Assembly: GCA_032718475.1 (NCBI GenBank)
Contig: JAUCBJ010000011.1
Location: 62,001-126,000, forward strand
Reading direction: 5' to 3'
DNA length: 64,000 nt
Source: Nemertoderma westbladi
Taxonomy: Eukaryota; Animalia; Xenacoelomorpha
The notes beneath the pieces were generated by a model. The model worked only from the letters and a program-made list of their open reading frames with translations. It had not been told where the DNA came from and searched no databases. This document shows, one piece after another, positions 12,111 through 24,845 of the stretch; the stretch's first letter is position 1; each line of letters opens with the position of its first letter. Position numbers and translations under genes: made by a program.

Positions 12111-13142
12111 ATGACCCAAACTCTTCTCCACCACCTGTGTTCTGTACCGGTAGAGGATTCACCCGGAGACTTCTCCTACACGAGTTCATCTTCCCTCGCT
12201 AACGACTCGACCCCCCAGTCGCCCCCCATGGAACACCGGCGGTTGTACAAGGATAATCTCGCCCTCGGTTATTGGGACCCCGATCTGGCAGTGACCCCCG
12301 AACAACCGCCACCTACGGACGATGTCCGGCCCGGAACTAAACCCTCCCGGGTTCGCTTTAGTATGAACACGGAGATATTCGAGCGGTCTGCCTCCTCCGC
12401 AGATGCCGATAGTACGCTAACAGGGGAATCCCCTGATGGGTCGAATAACGGTTCCTTTGGTTCGGGTGGTTCTACGGAGTTGTACAGTTCAGTTGGTTCC
12501 TCCCCAAGAGGTCCCGCTACGCATGGTTCCGATGAATCCCCGTCCTATGTTTCCGCTCTCCCTTCGTTCCAGGGCGTTCTCTGCTCCCGTTCCGCATCCG
12601 ACACGGAAATCCGCCGGAAGTCGACGGAACTTTCGGACGACGGTTCCGACGCCCTTCCGACTAGCATCCGGTCGGAACCTGAGACACCGGTACCCGCCAT
12701 CCTCTCCAACCCGGTTCTCCATTCGACTCGCCAAATCGCGGAACAACTGAACCGCCTGCGAGGAACGGAGTTCGCCGTTAATAAGGCGATGTCGGATCGA
12801 CTCTCGTCGGATAAACCGACGCGCTCGCGACTGTTGGGTCGGAGTGGCGTCGCGTTGGGGTTCGCTCCGACAGAGTCGGCCTTCTCCGACCTACATACGG
12901 TCGACGTGAACCCCGAGCAGTTCGTCGGACGTCCGTGTCGGACAGTCCGTCGGACCCCGTCCGTACCGGCTACCGAACCCGATATCTGGCGGTTCTACGA
13001 GTCGGACTTCATTAAGGAATCCTTCGATTTCGAGCCGACCGTTCCCATATCAACCCAACTATCTACAACATCCGCTAAAACATTGCGAACCGCATTCCAG
13101 CCGTTCCATAAACTCAAATTGCGAAACAAATTCTCTCAGTGA
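12111..13142 (+). CDS. PPP1R35: Protein phosphatase 1 regulatory subunit 35-like (centriolar protein), single-exon CDS
   Basis: RVRF PP1-docking motif, Ser/Pro-rich linker, then a C-terminal block (PVLHSTRQIAEQL...EFAVNKAMSDRL...FSDLHTVDV..EQ...EPDI..FY...F..FHKLK) that resembles the PPP1R35 C-terminal domain as I recall it; GC-rich coding-like composition. Confidence 0.75.
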   Translation: MTQTLLHHLCSVPVEDSPGDFSYTSSSSLANDSTPQSPPMEHRRLYKDNLALGYWDPDLAVTPEQPPPTDDVRPGTKPSRVRFSMNTEIFERSASSADADSTLTGESPDGSNNGSFGSGGSTELYSSVGSSPRGPATHGSDESPSYVSALPSFQGVLCSRSASDTEIRRKSTELSDDGSDALPTSIRSEPETPVPAILSNPVLHSTRQIAEQLNRLRGTEFAVNKAMSDRLSSDKPTRSRLLGRSGVALGFAPTESAFSDLHTVDVNPEQFVGRPCRTVRRTPSVPATEPDIWRFYESDFIKESFDFEPTVPISTQLSTTSAKTLRTAFQPFHKLKLRNKFSQ

Positions 13143-14111
13143 ATCTCTTCCATTCGGTTGGAGATCGTTTCAATATAAATTAATTACCCGGTGTAACAGG
13201 CTGATATAGAGAGTTAATAGAAAGAGGGAGTTATCTCAGCCTTGTACACCGGCTCTGGTTTTCTCAATACAAATAATTTTCTTAAGAGAACAAAATGTTT
13301 TGCCACCAAATATATTTTTTCTTTCATTATTTTTATTGAGTTATTCAACTAAATTTCACCTTTATAATAATATTAACTACGAGATACTATTTTTGTACAG
13401 TAGATTTAAATTAAATAGACAGACTTTATTTACCGGGCGAGGTCAATAAGATAGGCCTGTTTTATCTCCGCTTAAAGTTTATAATCCTTAACAACAACAA
13501 TCCCAATAATCCCATTACGATAATGATACCACTGGTTCATAACTAAACGTCCTTTAATACGGTTTCAGATTGTGAGGAAATAAAGTGTACTTTATAAACC
13601 GCAGCGCCATAGACTGGGCGATAAATTAGATCAATTTGAGTAATAAAATACCAAATCGAGAGATTTTATATTTTGTTTAAAATAAACTAACTCCATCCCA
13701 CTACTACACAACAGTGTTCACATGTTTTATAACATTATTTATATTGGTTTGTTTATTTCCTATTTTATATTACACCTTTACCCTTAATATAACATGTTTC
13801 ACATTTAGCAGCCCCCCCCCCCCCCTCAATGTTTTATTAAATGCTACAACGACATTAGGTTGATGGGTTAGCGAACCCGGAAACTGCAGATAAAGAAGAT
13901 TCGGTTCGATTATATTTAAAAAAATTTATAATAAATATATAGAATAGATAAGAGAGCCTCTATCCCTCTATCTATTTAGAAAACCCTAAATAGATAGGGT
14001 TTTGATAATTATTTTGAAAAAATTGCTAACTTGAGGAACATAAATTTTTTTCACAATTTAATTAAAACACTAAAACACAATCCTACACCAAATTCTTACT
14101 AACTTCTATAA

Positions 14112-14300
14112 ATGGCAACAAAGACTCAAGATTGGAATTCTAAGAAAGTGGTTCAATTGCGAGATGAATTGGAATCTCGGGGACTTACCAAATCAGGAAG
14201 TAAAAAGGAAATGATACAACGTTTGAAGGTCTATGAGAAGAAATTACTAAGTGTGAGTTTATCTCAACTAAATGAAGAAGAAGATTCTGGTTTGCTTTAA
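14112..14300 (+). CDS. Small SAP-domain ORF (62 aa), possibly transposon-derived or a first exon
   Basis: WNSKKVVQLRDELESRGLTKSGSKKEMIQRL fits the SAP consensus (L..LKV.ELK..L..RGL...G.K..LI.RL). Confidence 0.6.
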   Translation: MATKTQDWNSKKVVQLRDELESRGLTKSGSKKEMIQRLKVYEKKLLSVSLSQLNEEEDSGLL

Positions 14301-14586
14301 CATAGTATAACATTAATCATACAGTTGTTGTGATTCACTCCATTCCCCATCCCTTGTAACACTAATTACTTGAACAGTTCGCTTCATTGTGTGATCTGCA
14401 CAAGTTATGATTTCAGGGTTGCCGCTCTATTCATTTTCAATTTTCCCTGACTTAAAAAAAAAATTATCTGACGGTAGGTGTACAGGTATACACTAGGGCG
14501 GTGCGTTTTTTACTTTTTTCGATTTCATTGTGTAAAAAATTAAGGCAGAGAAAATTATCTGACGGTAGGTGTACGTACAGGTACAC

Positions 14587-15144
14587 TAGGGCGGTGCGTT
14601 TTTTACTTTTTTTTTCGATTTCAAGGCAATCATGTTGACTTGTGCCGGAATTCACATTTTCTGAGATATCTCAAGAACTATTCGTTTGTTTTGAAGGTGT
14701 CTACCCCCACTAAATCGGTCATTGCGGTTCGATTGAGCATAATATTAATGCTGTAGGAGAAATAAAAGTTGGCCATCGCGAAAATTGAGAATAAGAGTAA
14801 CTTGCGCCAAAGAGTAGTTTTTGGCGATGTGCCTGTGGCACTACTTCCCTTGGTCCCAAAATCAAAATTTTGGTATCTAACTAAGTTTGGACCCATTTGA
14901 TGACATTTGATGCATGAAGGAAGTTCTTTTTTGAGTCATTGATCTTTCATCAATGTGTTTTATGGTTATAAATTTCATTATGGTGCATCACGATGGCTCA
15001 AAATTTCAACCCTCTTGGCATCCGTGAAGATATAGATGAAATTTATAGAAATTTTTTTTGCCTTATTTTTTTACCATTTGGCAACTTTTGTTCACCGGTA
15101 GAACAATGAAATCGAAAAAAAAAAGTAAAAAACGCACCGCCCTA
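14587..15144. mobile_element. hAT-like MITE; left end tandemly duplicated at about 14460-14530
   Basis: TIRs tagggcggtgcgttttttactttt...cgatttca / tgaaatcg...aaaagtaaaaaacgcaccgcccta; flanks aggtacac / gtgtacac. Confidence 0.75.
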
Positions 15145-16813
15145 GTGTACACTAGATGTTGATAAATATATTATAATATTCATTCTCACCAAAAGCCCCA
15201 AACACTGTCTGGATTTTGTTCAGTGGCTTAATGTTGGAAGTTTTGACAAAAACCAAGTACCATACCACGAAAGGAAATTTTATTTCCAATTGCGTCAACA
15301 TTTTTTCAAATTGCAGGAAATATGTTATTATTAAAATTAATTTATGGAAAAAATGGATGGTTTTAAATGTCCGCAAGTAAAGTAAGGTTATATTTTTAAT
15401 ATACCGCTACCGCTACACCACAAACAGCACCAGAAAGAGGAAATAATTCTGCTCATAATATGCAATATGGTCCGCATTTATTAATTCGAGTGTTAACGCT
15501 TCGCCGACAACCGGCAACCACTGCCGACAACAGCAAATATTATGAAAATGTAACCTGAGTTCGTGACTCTCGTTTATTGTTTTGGTTAGAAAAACTTTCC
15601 ACTGTATCCTGTTCCTTTCCCTCACTTAATAAATGTCATTAATTAACTTTAATAATGTTTTTGTCGGCGTTGGAGAAAACGAACTTCGAATGTGGATGAG
15701 GTAGCCAAGGTTCAAGTTTTCCTGAATTTAATATATTATAGCACGAAGGCTAGGGATGTGCCGGATTGACTATTTTCAAACCGGCCAGGCCGGAGCCGGA
15801 TTCGTAAAAAAAAATCCGGCCGGAATTCCGGCCAAGCGGGATTTTTTTTATATATCACCACTTTTTGCTTTGAATCAGCTATTTTATGCATGAACAGAAC
15901 TGGAGGGAGGGAGGCGACCACGTTATTTGGTCCTTTTGGCGTTAGGTCCTGTATTGATAGATAACGTGCTGGATCATTATCAGCAAGGTCATGATGATAA
16001 GGACTTTGACTTTAATAAGAATTCAGAAGTAGATAAGTAAGTATATGTCAATTATCCCAACTGAACGGGACGAGATGAGCGTTATGAGTTGGTGGCTGCA
16101 AATAAGGAATCATTTCCTAATTTACAAACCTTGTACATATATATTTAGTATCACCAGCGTCTTCAATTTATTCCGAGCGAATATTTGTAGAGGCTGGTAA
16201 TGTATTTGATAAGAAACGCTCTCCTCTACTTCCGGATCGTGGAGATAAACTAATATTTTTGTACCATAACCTACGCCGATATGATATACCGTAATGGATT
16301 GATTTGATGAATAAAGTGCAAATTGAAAAATAGAACGAAGAAATAATAGGTGTAGTTTTTTTATACTCTCTGAGTTAAATTGGATTTACTAGAGTTACTA
16401 AATTGCCTGTCGAATATATAAACTGGTCATTCACGGCGGTAAGCTTAATATCAATTTACAACAAACCTAGCTAGAGCAAACATCAACGCTTGTGCGCTGG
16501 GACAATGTAATAATTATTGACTAGTTATAATTAGTATATGGGTATATACATGGTTCAATGCCGACCATATAGACCAAGTTACGTACGGGACAACAAATAT
16601 ACAAACATGTAAATCATTCGAGAATGAATGGTCGGTTGGCCTTGATAATTTGATCGCCAGATCCACCATATTCGGTCCCCTCCTGCTGTGATACACTCCG
16701 ACCACAGTTTGTTATAGAAAAAGCTACAACGATTAAAAAAAAATCGTTACTTACGGGGCAAATTTCAAATATTATGATTGTAATTACGGGCTCATTTTGG
16801 CCATTAAAATTAC

Positions 16814-17346
16814 AATTACGGTGCCAAACGATTAATATCCTTGCTGAGTATAATTCCGGTGCCAAACGATTAATATCCTTGCTGAGTATAATTCCGGTGC
16901 CAAACGATTAATATCCTTGCTGAGTATAATTCCGGTGCCAAACGATTAATATCCTTGCTGAGTATAATTCCGGTGCCAAACGATTAATATCCTTGCTGAG
17001 TATAATTACGGTGCCAAACGATTAATATCCCTGCTGAGTATAATTACGGTGCCAAACGATTAATATCCCTGCTGAGTATAATTACGGTGCCAAACGATTA
17101 ATATCCCTGCTGAGTATAATTACGGTGCCAAACGATTAATATCCCTGCTGAGTATAATTACGGTGCCAAACGATTAATATCCCTGCTGAGTATAATTACG
17201 GTGCCAAACGATTAATATCCCTGCTGAGTATAATTACGGTGCCAAACGATTAATATCCCTGCTGAGTATAATTACGGTGCCAAACGATTAATATCCTTGC
17301 TGAGTATAATTCCGGTGCCAAACGATTAATATCCTTGCTGAGTATA
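16814..17346. repeat. 38-bp minisatellite, about 14 copies
   Basis: Unit ggtgccaaacgattaatatcc[t/c]tgctgagtataatt[c/a]c; no spacers. Confidence 0.95.
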
Positions 17347-18011
17347 TTTCCTGTGAACAAATAAACGTAGCTTTGTAGTAAATTTGAGATATCAGAAATA
17401 CAAAAAAAATATTAATGTGGTCCGATTTTTTGTTACACAACGTGACACTCGGTAAATGATTAATTTAATGGCCTATAAATTGTCAAATATGGGCCAATAA
17501 CCCGATGTGTTGACACTTCCACTCATATTCTTCCATTTGAATCAGTTAGATTGGCAATTTTTGGTGACTTAGCAGTTCATATGAATATATTCCGTGAGCG
17601 TCTCCAAAATGGTCCAAAAAAGTGTCCCATACTTAACGGAGGTTTTTTTTTTTATCAGAAAACGCGAACTCATCTAGATTTAGATCACCACATCCATTTC
17701 TCAGATAGTTTTGCCATGTATGTATGTGTTGTATCAGTGAGACTGCTACGTAAACATTTATTTGGCCAGGTTGAAAAAAACTGCCATGTCCCATAACGTG
17801 ACAGGGTGTCCCATACTTTACATTGTGTTGGGGGCAGAAGTTAATCATGGTCTAAACAACTAAGTACTTACATTTAATTAATGGTTGGGGGATTTCCAGT
17901 CACAGATAAACTGTAACCTGCTCCTTCCCATTAATTACAATAGATCAAATTAATTTATTACCAAATTAACCGTTTGTGGAAAGGGTTTAGAGATTGGGAC
18001 ATTAGTTGAGA

Positions 18012-18125
18012 GTGGGATGGAAGTTGGGAATGGAACAGGAGTTGGCAGTGGGATGGAAGTTGGGAATGGAACAGGAGTTGGAAGTGGGATAGAAGTTGGG
18101 AATGGAACAGGAGTTGGCAGTGGGA
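18012..18125. repeat. 36-bp tandem repeat, 3 copies
   Basis: gtgggatggaagttgggaatggaacaggagttggca repeated three times. Confidence 0.9.
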
Positions 18126-21100
18126 AGGTCGATAAACTGGATTTAAATTCTAGTACGGAGGAGTTGTTTGAGGAATTTTATGATTTGTTTTTAATTGGAA
18201 AATAAATGTCAAAATTTATAATAATAGTTTCCATGTAAATTCCTTCCTATACCATATCAATATGTCCCATGACACCAAAAACTGTCTATTTACATTTTCA
18301 AATTAATTGTTTGATATAAAATAACGGTTTTCAGTTGACCATATGCAACAGTTTTGTGTATCACATTGTTATTAACATGAAAAAAACAATTAGTTCCACG
18401 GCAAAGTTTCCCAGAAAGTGAAACTTTGTGTTGTCACTCTATAAAAAAATTATTTTTAGCGACATAATTTTTGATTTTTTTCTCACCAGAAAACTTTCCA
18501 CTTCGATCTGATATCTCTTGCCGGACACCTCAATACCGCCATTAAACGACTGTTACTTCAAATTTTCAAGAATATGGACATAAAGAACGAAAAAAATATT
18601 TACCGGTATAAATTTTCCCTATGTGACAAAAATTTATTCTCAATTTTTGCATTTCGTAATATTTCTCTCAATAACGGCCAATAAATTTTTGGGGCTTTTT
18701 CTGGTTTCATATGCAGAAATTATCGCTCTTTCTAACCATCAATATGACAAATTCTCAAAGTTAATTTCAAAATTCAACAAATTTCAAAAATCACAATTGG
18801 TCAATATGGTTGGCATTGACCCACATGTACTATTTATTACCTATTATATAGTAAATATTAAAGTGTTAGTGAGGCTGAGCCCAACCAAATACAAATATTA
18901 TTGGTATAACAAGTAGTCCGTCAGCTCAGCATGTAGATAGTTACAAAATGATAGCTCTTCTTTAGACCCTATCATATGGTACAAACTATGAAAAAATTGT
19001 ATTGTATTCCTTTGTATTTGCTTATGTTTAAATTTGTTTGAATTTAAAAGAAAATTTATTTTTATGTTTTTTTTTTTGAAAATTTACATTAATTGTAAAT
19101 ATCCGGCACACCCCTAGCACGAAACTAATGTAAAAAAAAATAGGACTGTATTAGGCCTACTCCGATACTGCAATGCAATAGATGGATAGGGCTCATTGCT
19201 TGAGTTGCATAGCATACAACGGGGTCAGGCAATCTACCAAGTTTACAAAGTTGCAAACAGTATTTTATGATCATGTTCATGATCATGAATTTAAGTGATT
19301 GTAGTGTTAAAAGACGCGCAAGACTCAATTGATATAAGCCATGTATAAAATGGTTGAGATTAAATGTGTATTTGAATGGATCTAAAATCACCCACCATAG
19401 AAACCAATGTAAGAAATTATCAGAGCACTGCGTAGTGACGTCAAATCTGTAGCAGCCAATCACAGTCGATTTTCAAAATTGGCTTCCCGCGCTTATTTAA
19501 ACCCGCTATTTCGACCGTTTCCTCGTGTTTTTTTCAAAAAACACACCCCGCCACTCGATTCAGGACACCTTGTTACCCCTTATTAATTCGCTCACCAACT
19601 CTATTGCAACAAATTTATATCATTATGAATATGAATACAGCTAGCGAGCTCGGTTGCTAGGTATATCGGACAAGATGATTCGTCCTTCATGTAACATATT
19701 GAGGTAAATAGTAAATGTTTATCATTGCGCATCCAATGAGTACATGTGTACTCATTGTGTACCCAATGAGGTATAACAATACATAAATTTGTTATCTGTG
19801 AAAGACTTAGCCTACACGACGCATTGGACGAGATCATGCGTCCATTCATGTAACGCGTCCGCATGTAACGCGTCCGCACGTAACGTGTAACGCATCGTCA
19901 CATGAAAGGGCCATCCTTCATGTAACACACTGAGCATGATAGAGTGGTCGAATCCCTGTCTGGTATTGAAGTATTGTAGCCTCTGGTCCAATAGTTAGCT
20001 GCAGTTCTGGAGTACATTGTATGTTTATCGCGTTGGTACTGATCACAGGTCAGGGTGTGGGGGTCAGTTTCCTCCAAGCATGCTTTAGCTAGTGATAGTA
20101 CCGTGCTAAAGCCAGTACCTAAGGTTCTTGACTGTCTTGTTTTGTGTATCTTTCTTATCTCGTGTATCTTTTTTGTGGATGAACAAATATTTTATTAACT
20201 ACTACAGCATACAGCGCTGTTGCGTACAGTCAAACGGACGCTAGCTGAAGTAGTACTCTCATTATTATAGTGTTAGTATTCGTCTAGTATTCTCCACTAA
20301 TCTCCATTAGATATATGAAAACCGCCTGTCCAAAAATATCAATAAATAAATTGTTAAGTTTGCCCTTGCAAGCATTAGGCCTAATTACAATTCATAAAGC
20401 TACTTACTAGTTCGCCCTCTAGCGGAAAAATTTAGAAGTAAACATGGAGCAGCGTCACTACGATTAACTTCGATTGAATGGCGAGGTGAGCGGAGCGAGT
20501 AGATAATATTTCACACATTTTCGCTTATGTCACATTTCCTGTATAAATAGGTCTATCAAATTACCTGACTTCTCCCTGATTTGTCTATTTGTTACAAGAA
20601 TTTCCTGACGTTTAAAGAAAAAATGAAATTCCCTGTGAGTGGCAACCCGTTCTGTCATTGATGAAGCCAATTCTGGTCTCATTTGAACCGCTAAGCGTAG
20701 GTCTGGATTGTTCTTCTCAATTTTTTTGAAAACTGATGACTAGCAAACTTAAAAGTACTAAAGCGAAAATACTAGGAGGTCGTCCATAAATGACAATAAT
20801 GACATACATGTAAATCCCGTATATTAGGACCACCCTCGCCCCCCTTCCCCTCACCGACCAAGGATGTCTGGATTTGGCCCGTAGGAAACAGAATCATGAT
20901 TGCTAATTGGGTTGGAATTAGGTTTTTCGAATTATTTAAATAACTATTTGGCAAATTAAATTGTATTATTAGCCTTGCATGTTGCGTTTACTTCTAACAT
21001 CACTTAGTGAATCGGGGTGACTGGCAGTGAATATGGTTACAATCCAATAGGATTCCTTCGTCCTACTAAACCAAAGGGGTTTCATACCACGGATAAATAA

Positions 21101-21551
21101 ATAAAAAGGGATTAGATATTAATAACTTATTGTGCTGCATATTTATAGTGCATATATACCAACATCATTCTCTAAAAACATTGAAATTATTAATAACTAA
21201 CTGCTTAAAAACAAACCAGACGATACAAATTATTAATCAGGGTAATTAATTACGTGCTCAAAATTAGCGACCTGCAGAACTTATATAATCAAATGTTAAA
21301 GCTTACAATCAAAGACGAGCGTAACAAAATATAATTGGTTTAGCACAATGTGTACGAAAATAAGAGAATCTATTGAGCAGTTGTGTAATATAATATTATT
21401 TGTGTGGCACAAAGTGTATTATATAAAATAAAGTATTCGAATTCAATATAAACAACAAAACTGGTTCATCAGTGTAGCAGTTTGCAGCCATAAGGTGGTA
21501 AACAGCATAGCCAGGTCCTATCGGAATGGTTACAGAAGACGTACAGATGAT

Positions 21552-21790
21552 TCAACTCACTGATTGGTTGGTTATCTCAGGGCCCGAGTTATTAAGTCGG
21601 GGCCCGAGATAATTAAACTCACTGATTGGTTGGTTATCTCAGGGCCCGAGTTATTAAGTCGGGGCCCGAGATAATTCAACTCACTGATTGGTTGGTTATC
21701 TCATGGCCCGAGTTATTAAGTCGGGGGCCGAGATAATTCAACTCACTGATTGGTTGGTTATCTCAGGGCCCGATTTATAAGTCGGGGGAA
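21552..21790. repeat. ~62-bp tandem repeat with internal hairpin, about 4 copies
   Basis: Unit tcaactcactgattggttggttatctcagggcccgagttattaagtcggggcccgagataat. Confidence 0.9.
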
Positions 21791-22196
21791 AGCTGGGCGT
21801 GGATGAATTCCAGATATTATGTAAAAAACATTTGAATTTGGTTGAGAAATAGCTGAGATATGGGCGTTAGAAAGTTGCATGTATTTGCTTCAATTGCCGG
21901 ACATTTATTATATTTAATAAATATACCATGTTCTAGAACATTTTATTAATGTATGAATATTCAAGTCGTAGTAGTATTATTATACAGTATTTGAATTGTA
22001 TTGTTGCACAGCTACTGCTGTTGACCAGCTGAGATAAACAAAATATTCCAGAATATTGATTAGTTTTTAAATAGAACAAAATAGCCTTTGTGCAGGTGTA
22101 AACCCATGCAACTTTTGATCGCTCAAATCTCAGCTATTATACGACGAAATTCAGTTTGTGTTACATTCAGTTTGAATCCTTGCATGGCTAGCTTTC
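21788..22196. mobile_element. Palindromic MITE-like element (diverged long inverted repeat)
   Basis: gaaagctggg...aatagctgagat...aaagttgcatg is mirrored by catgcaactttt...atctcagctatt...ctagctttc. Confidence 0.55.
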
Positions 22197-22595
22197 TAGC
22201 GGTACCAACAAATCACTATAAGGTAGAAGAAAAACTGCAGTGGGAATGGTACAATATCGACGGATGACGGATGGATTTTTGTAAACACTTGTAGCAAAAG
22301 AATGAAAGCGAAAACAACAGGCTGGCTCACCCAGTAATGAGGACGGAGGTGAAACAATCTTTGTTTCAAACGAATTACGAGTTATTTTTATTTACGATAA
22401 TACGAGTTATTTCCAATTTTTAGTTTTATAAATATCTATAAATTAGTTAAAAAATATTAGAAATTGTGATTTTTATTTATAAATTTCATATTTAGAAAAA
22501 AAAACGCTGCTCCTACCGGTACGGTTGAACAATTAGCAATGGAGACTTACATAAAATTAACTGAAGATTTTCTCATCCCTTTACATCACTTATGA

Positions 22596-24845
22596 ATGCC
22601 CTCTTAATTAACAGGTAGCATTGATGCCCTGCCCCCTTAATTAACAGGTAGCATTGATGCCCTGCCCCCTTAATTAACAGGTAGTATTGATGCCCTGCCC
22701 CCTTAATTAACAGGTAGCATGGATGCCCCCTTAATTAACAGGTAGCATTGATGCCCTGCCCCCTTAATTAACAGGTAACATTGATGCCCTGCCCCCTTAA
22801 TTAACAGGTAACATTGATGCCCTGCCCCCTTAATTAATAGGTAGCATTGATGCCCTGTCCCCTTAATTAACAGGTAACATTGATGCCCTGCCCCCTTAAT
22901 TAACAGGTAGCATGGATGCCCCCTTAATTAACAGGTAACATTGATGCCCTGCCCCCTTAATTAACAGGTAGCATTGATGCCCTGCCCCCTTAATTAACAG
23001 GTAACATTGATGCCCTGACCCCTTAATTAACAGGTAGCATTGATGCCCTGCCCCCTTAATTAACAGGTATCACGGATGCCCCCTTAATTAACAGGTAGCA
23101 TGGATGCCCCTTTAATTAACAGGTAGCATGGATGCCCCCTTAATTAACAGGTAGCATTGATGCCCTGCCCCCTTAATTAACAGGTAGCATTGATGCCCTG
23201 CCCCCTTAATTAACAGGTATCATGGATGCCCCCTTAATTAACAGGTAGCATGGATGCCCCTTTAATTAACAAGTAGCATGGATGCCCCCTTAATTAACAG
23301 GTAACATTGATGCCCTGACCCCTTAATTAACAGGTAGCATTGATGCCCTGCCCCCTTAATTAACAGGTATCATGGATGCCCCCTTAATTAACAGGTGGCA
23401 TGGATGCCCCTTTAATTAACAGGTAGCATGGATGCCCCCTTAATTAACAGGTAGCATGGATGCCCTGCCCCCTTAATTAACAGGTAGCATTGATGCCCTG
23501 CCCCCTTAATTAACAGATAGCATGGATGCCCCCTTAATTAACAGGTAGCATGGATGACCCCTTAATTAACAGGTAGCATGGATGCCCCGCACCCTTAATT
23601 AACAGGTATCATTGATGCCCTGCCCCCTTAATTAACAGGTAGCATTGATGCCCTGCCCCCTTAATTAACAGGTAGCATCGATGCCCTGTCCCCTTAATTA
23701 ACAGGTAGCATTGATGCCCTGCCCCCTTAATTAACAGGTAGCATTGATGCTCTGCCCCCTTAATTAACAGGTAGCATTGATGCCCCCTTAATTAACAGGT
23801 AGCATGGATGCCCCGCACCCTTAATTAACAGGTATCATTGATGCCCTGCCCCCTTAATTAACAGGTAGCATGGATGCCCTGCCCCCTTAATTAACAGGTA
23901 GCATGGATGCCCCCTTAATTAACAGGTAGCATTGATGCCCTGCCCCCTTAATTAACAGGTAGCATTCATTCCCTGCCCCCTTAATTAACAGGTAGCATGG
24001 ATGCCCTGCCCCCTTAATTAACAGGTAGCATTGATGCCCTGTCCCCTTAATTAACAGGTAGCATGGATGCCCTGCCCCCTTAATTAACAGGTAGCATGGA
24101 TGCCCTGCCCCCTTAATTAACAGGTAGCATTGATGCCCTGCCCCCTTAATTAACAGGTAGCATTGATGCCCTGCCCCCTTAATTAACAGGTAGCATGGAT
24201 GCCCTGCCCCCTTAATTAACAGGTAGCATTGATGCCCTGTCCCCTTAATTAACAGGTAGCATGGATGCCCTGCCCCCTTAATTAACAGGTAGCATGGATG
24301 CCCCCTTAATTAACAGGTAGCATTGATGCCCTGCCCCCTTAATTAACAGGTAGCATTGATGCCCTGACCCCTTAATTAACAGGTAGCATGGATGCCCTGC
24401 CCCCTTAATTAACAGGTAGCATTGATGCCCTGCCCCCTTAATTAACAGGTAGCATTGATGCCCTGCCCCCTTAATTAACAGGTAGCATTGATGCCCTGCC
24501 CCCTCAATTAACAGGTAGCATTGATGCCCTGCCCCCTCAATTAACAGGTAGCATTGATGCCCTGCCCCCTTAATTAACAGGTAGCATTGATGCCCTGCCC
24601 CCTTAATTAACAGGTAGCATGGATGCCCAGCCCCCTTAATTAACAGGTAGCATTGATGCCCTGCCCCCTTAATTAACAGGTAGCATTGATGCCCTGCCCC
24701 CTCAATTAACAGGTAGCATTGATGCCCTGCCCCCTCAATTAACAGGTAGCATTGATGCCCTGCCCCCTTAATTAACAGGTAGCATTGACGCCCTGCCCCC
24801 TTAATTAACAGGTAGCATGGATGCCCAGCCCCCTTAATTAACAGG
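22596..24845. repeat. 33/28-bp minisatellite, about 70 copies
   Basis: Unit ccttaattaacaggtagcattgatgccctgccc with a 28-bp deletion variant; contains the palindrome TTAATTAA. Confidence 0.97.

Larger units (their letters stand above)
15751..19116 (+). mobile_element. Decayed hAT transposon carrying nested repeats
   Basis: TIRs tagggatgtgccggat / atccggcacaccccta with gcacgaa in both flanks. A transposase dimerisation-domain remnant at about 16085-16275 reads WW...FPNL...PASSIYSERIFVEAGNVFDKKRSPLLPDRGDKLIFLYHNL. Confidence 0.75.

Noticed and set aside
16814-17346. CRISPR-like regular 38-bp repeats (also the 62-bp array at 21552)
   Set aside because: Head-to-tail units with no unique spacers, no cas genes, and a eukaryotic context.
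18017-18205. 62-aa MEVGNGTGVGSG repeat ORF
   Set aside because: Produced by a 36-bp tandem repeat inside a decayed transposon region; no other coding support.
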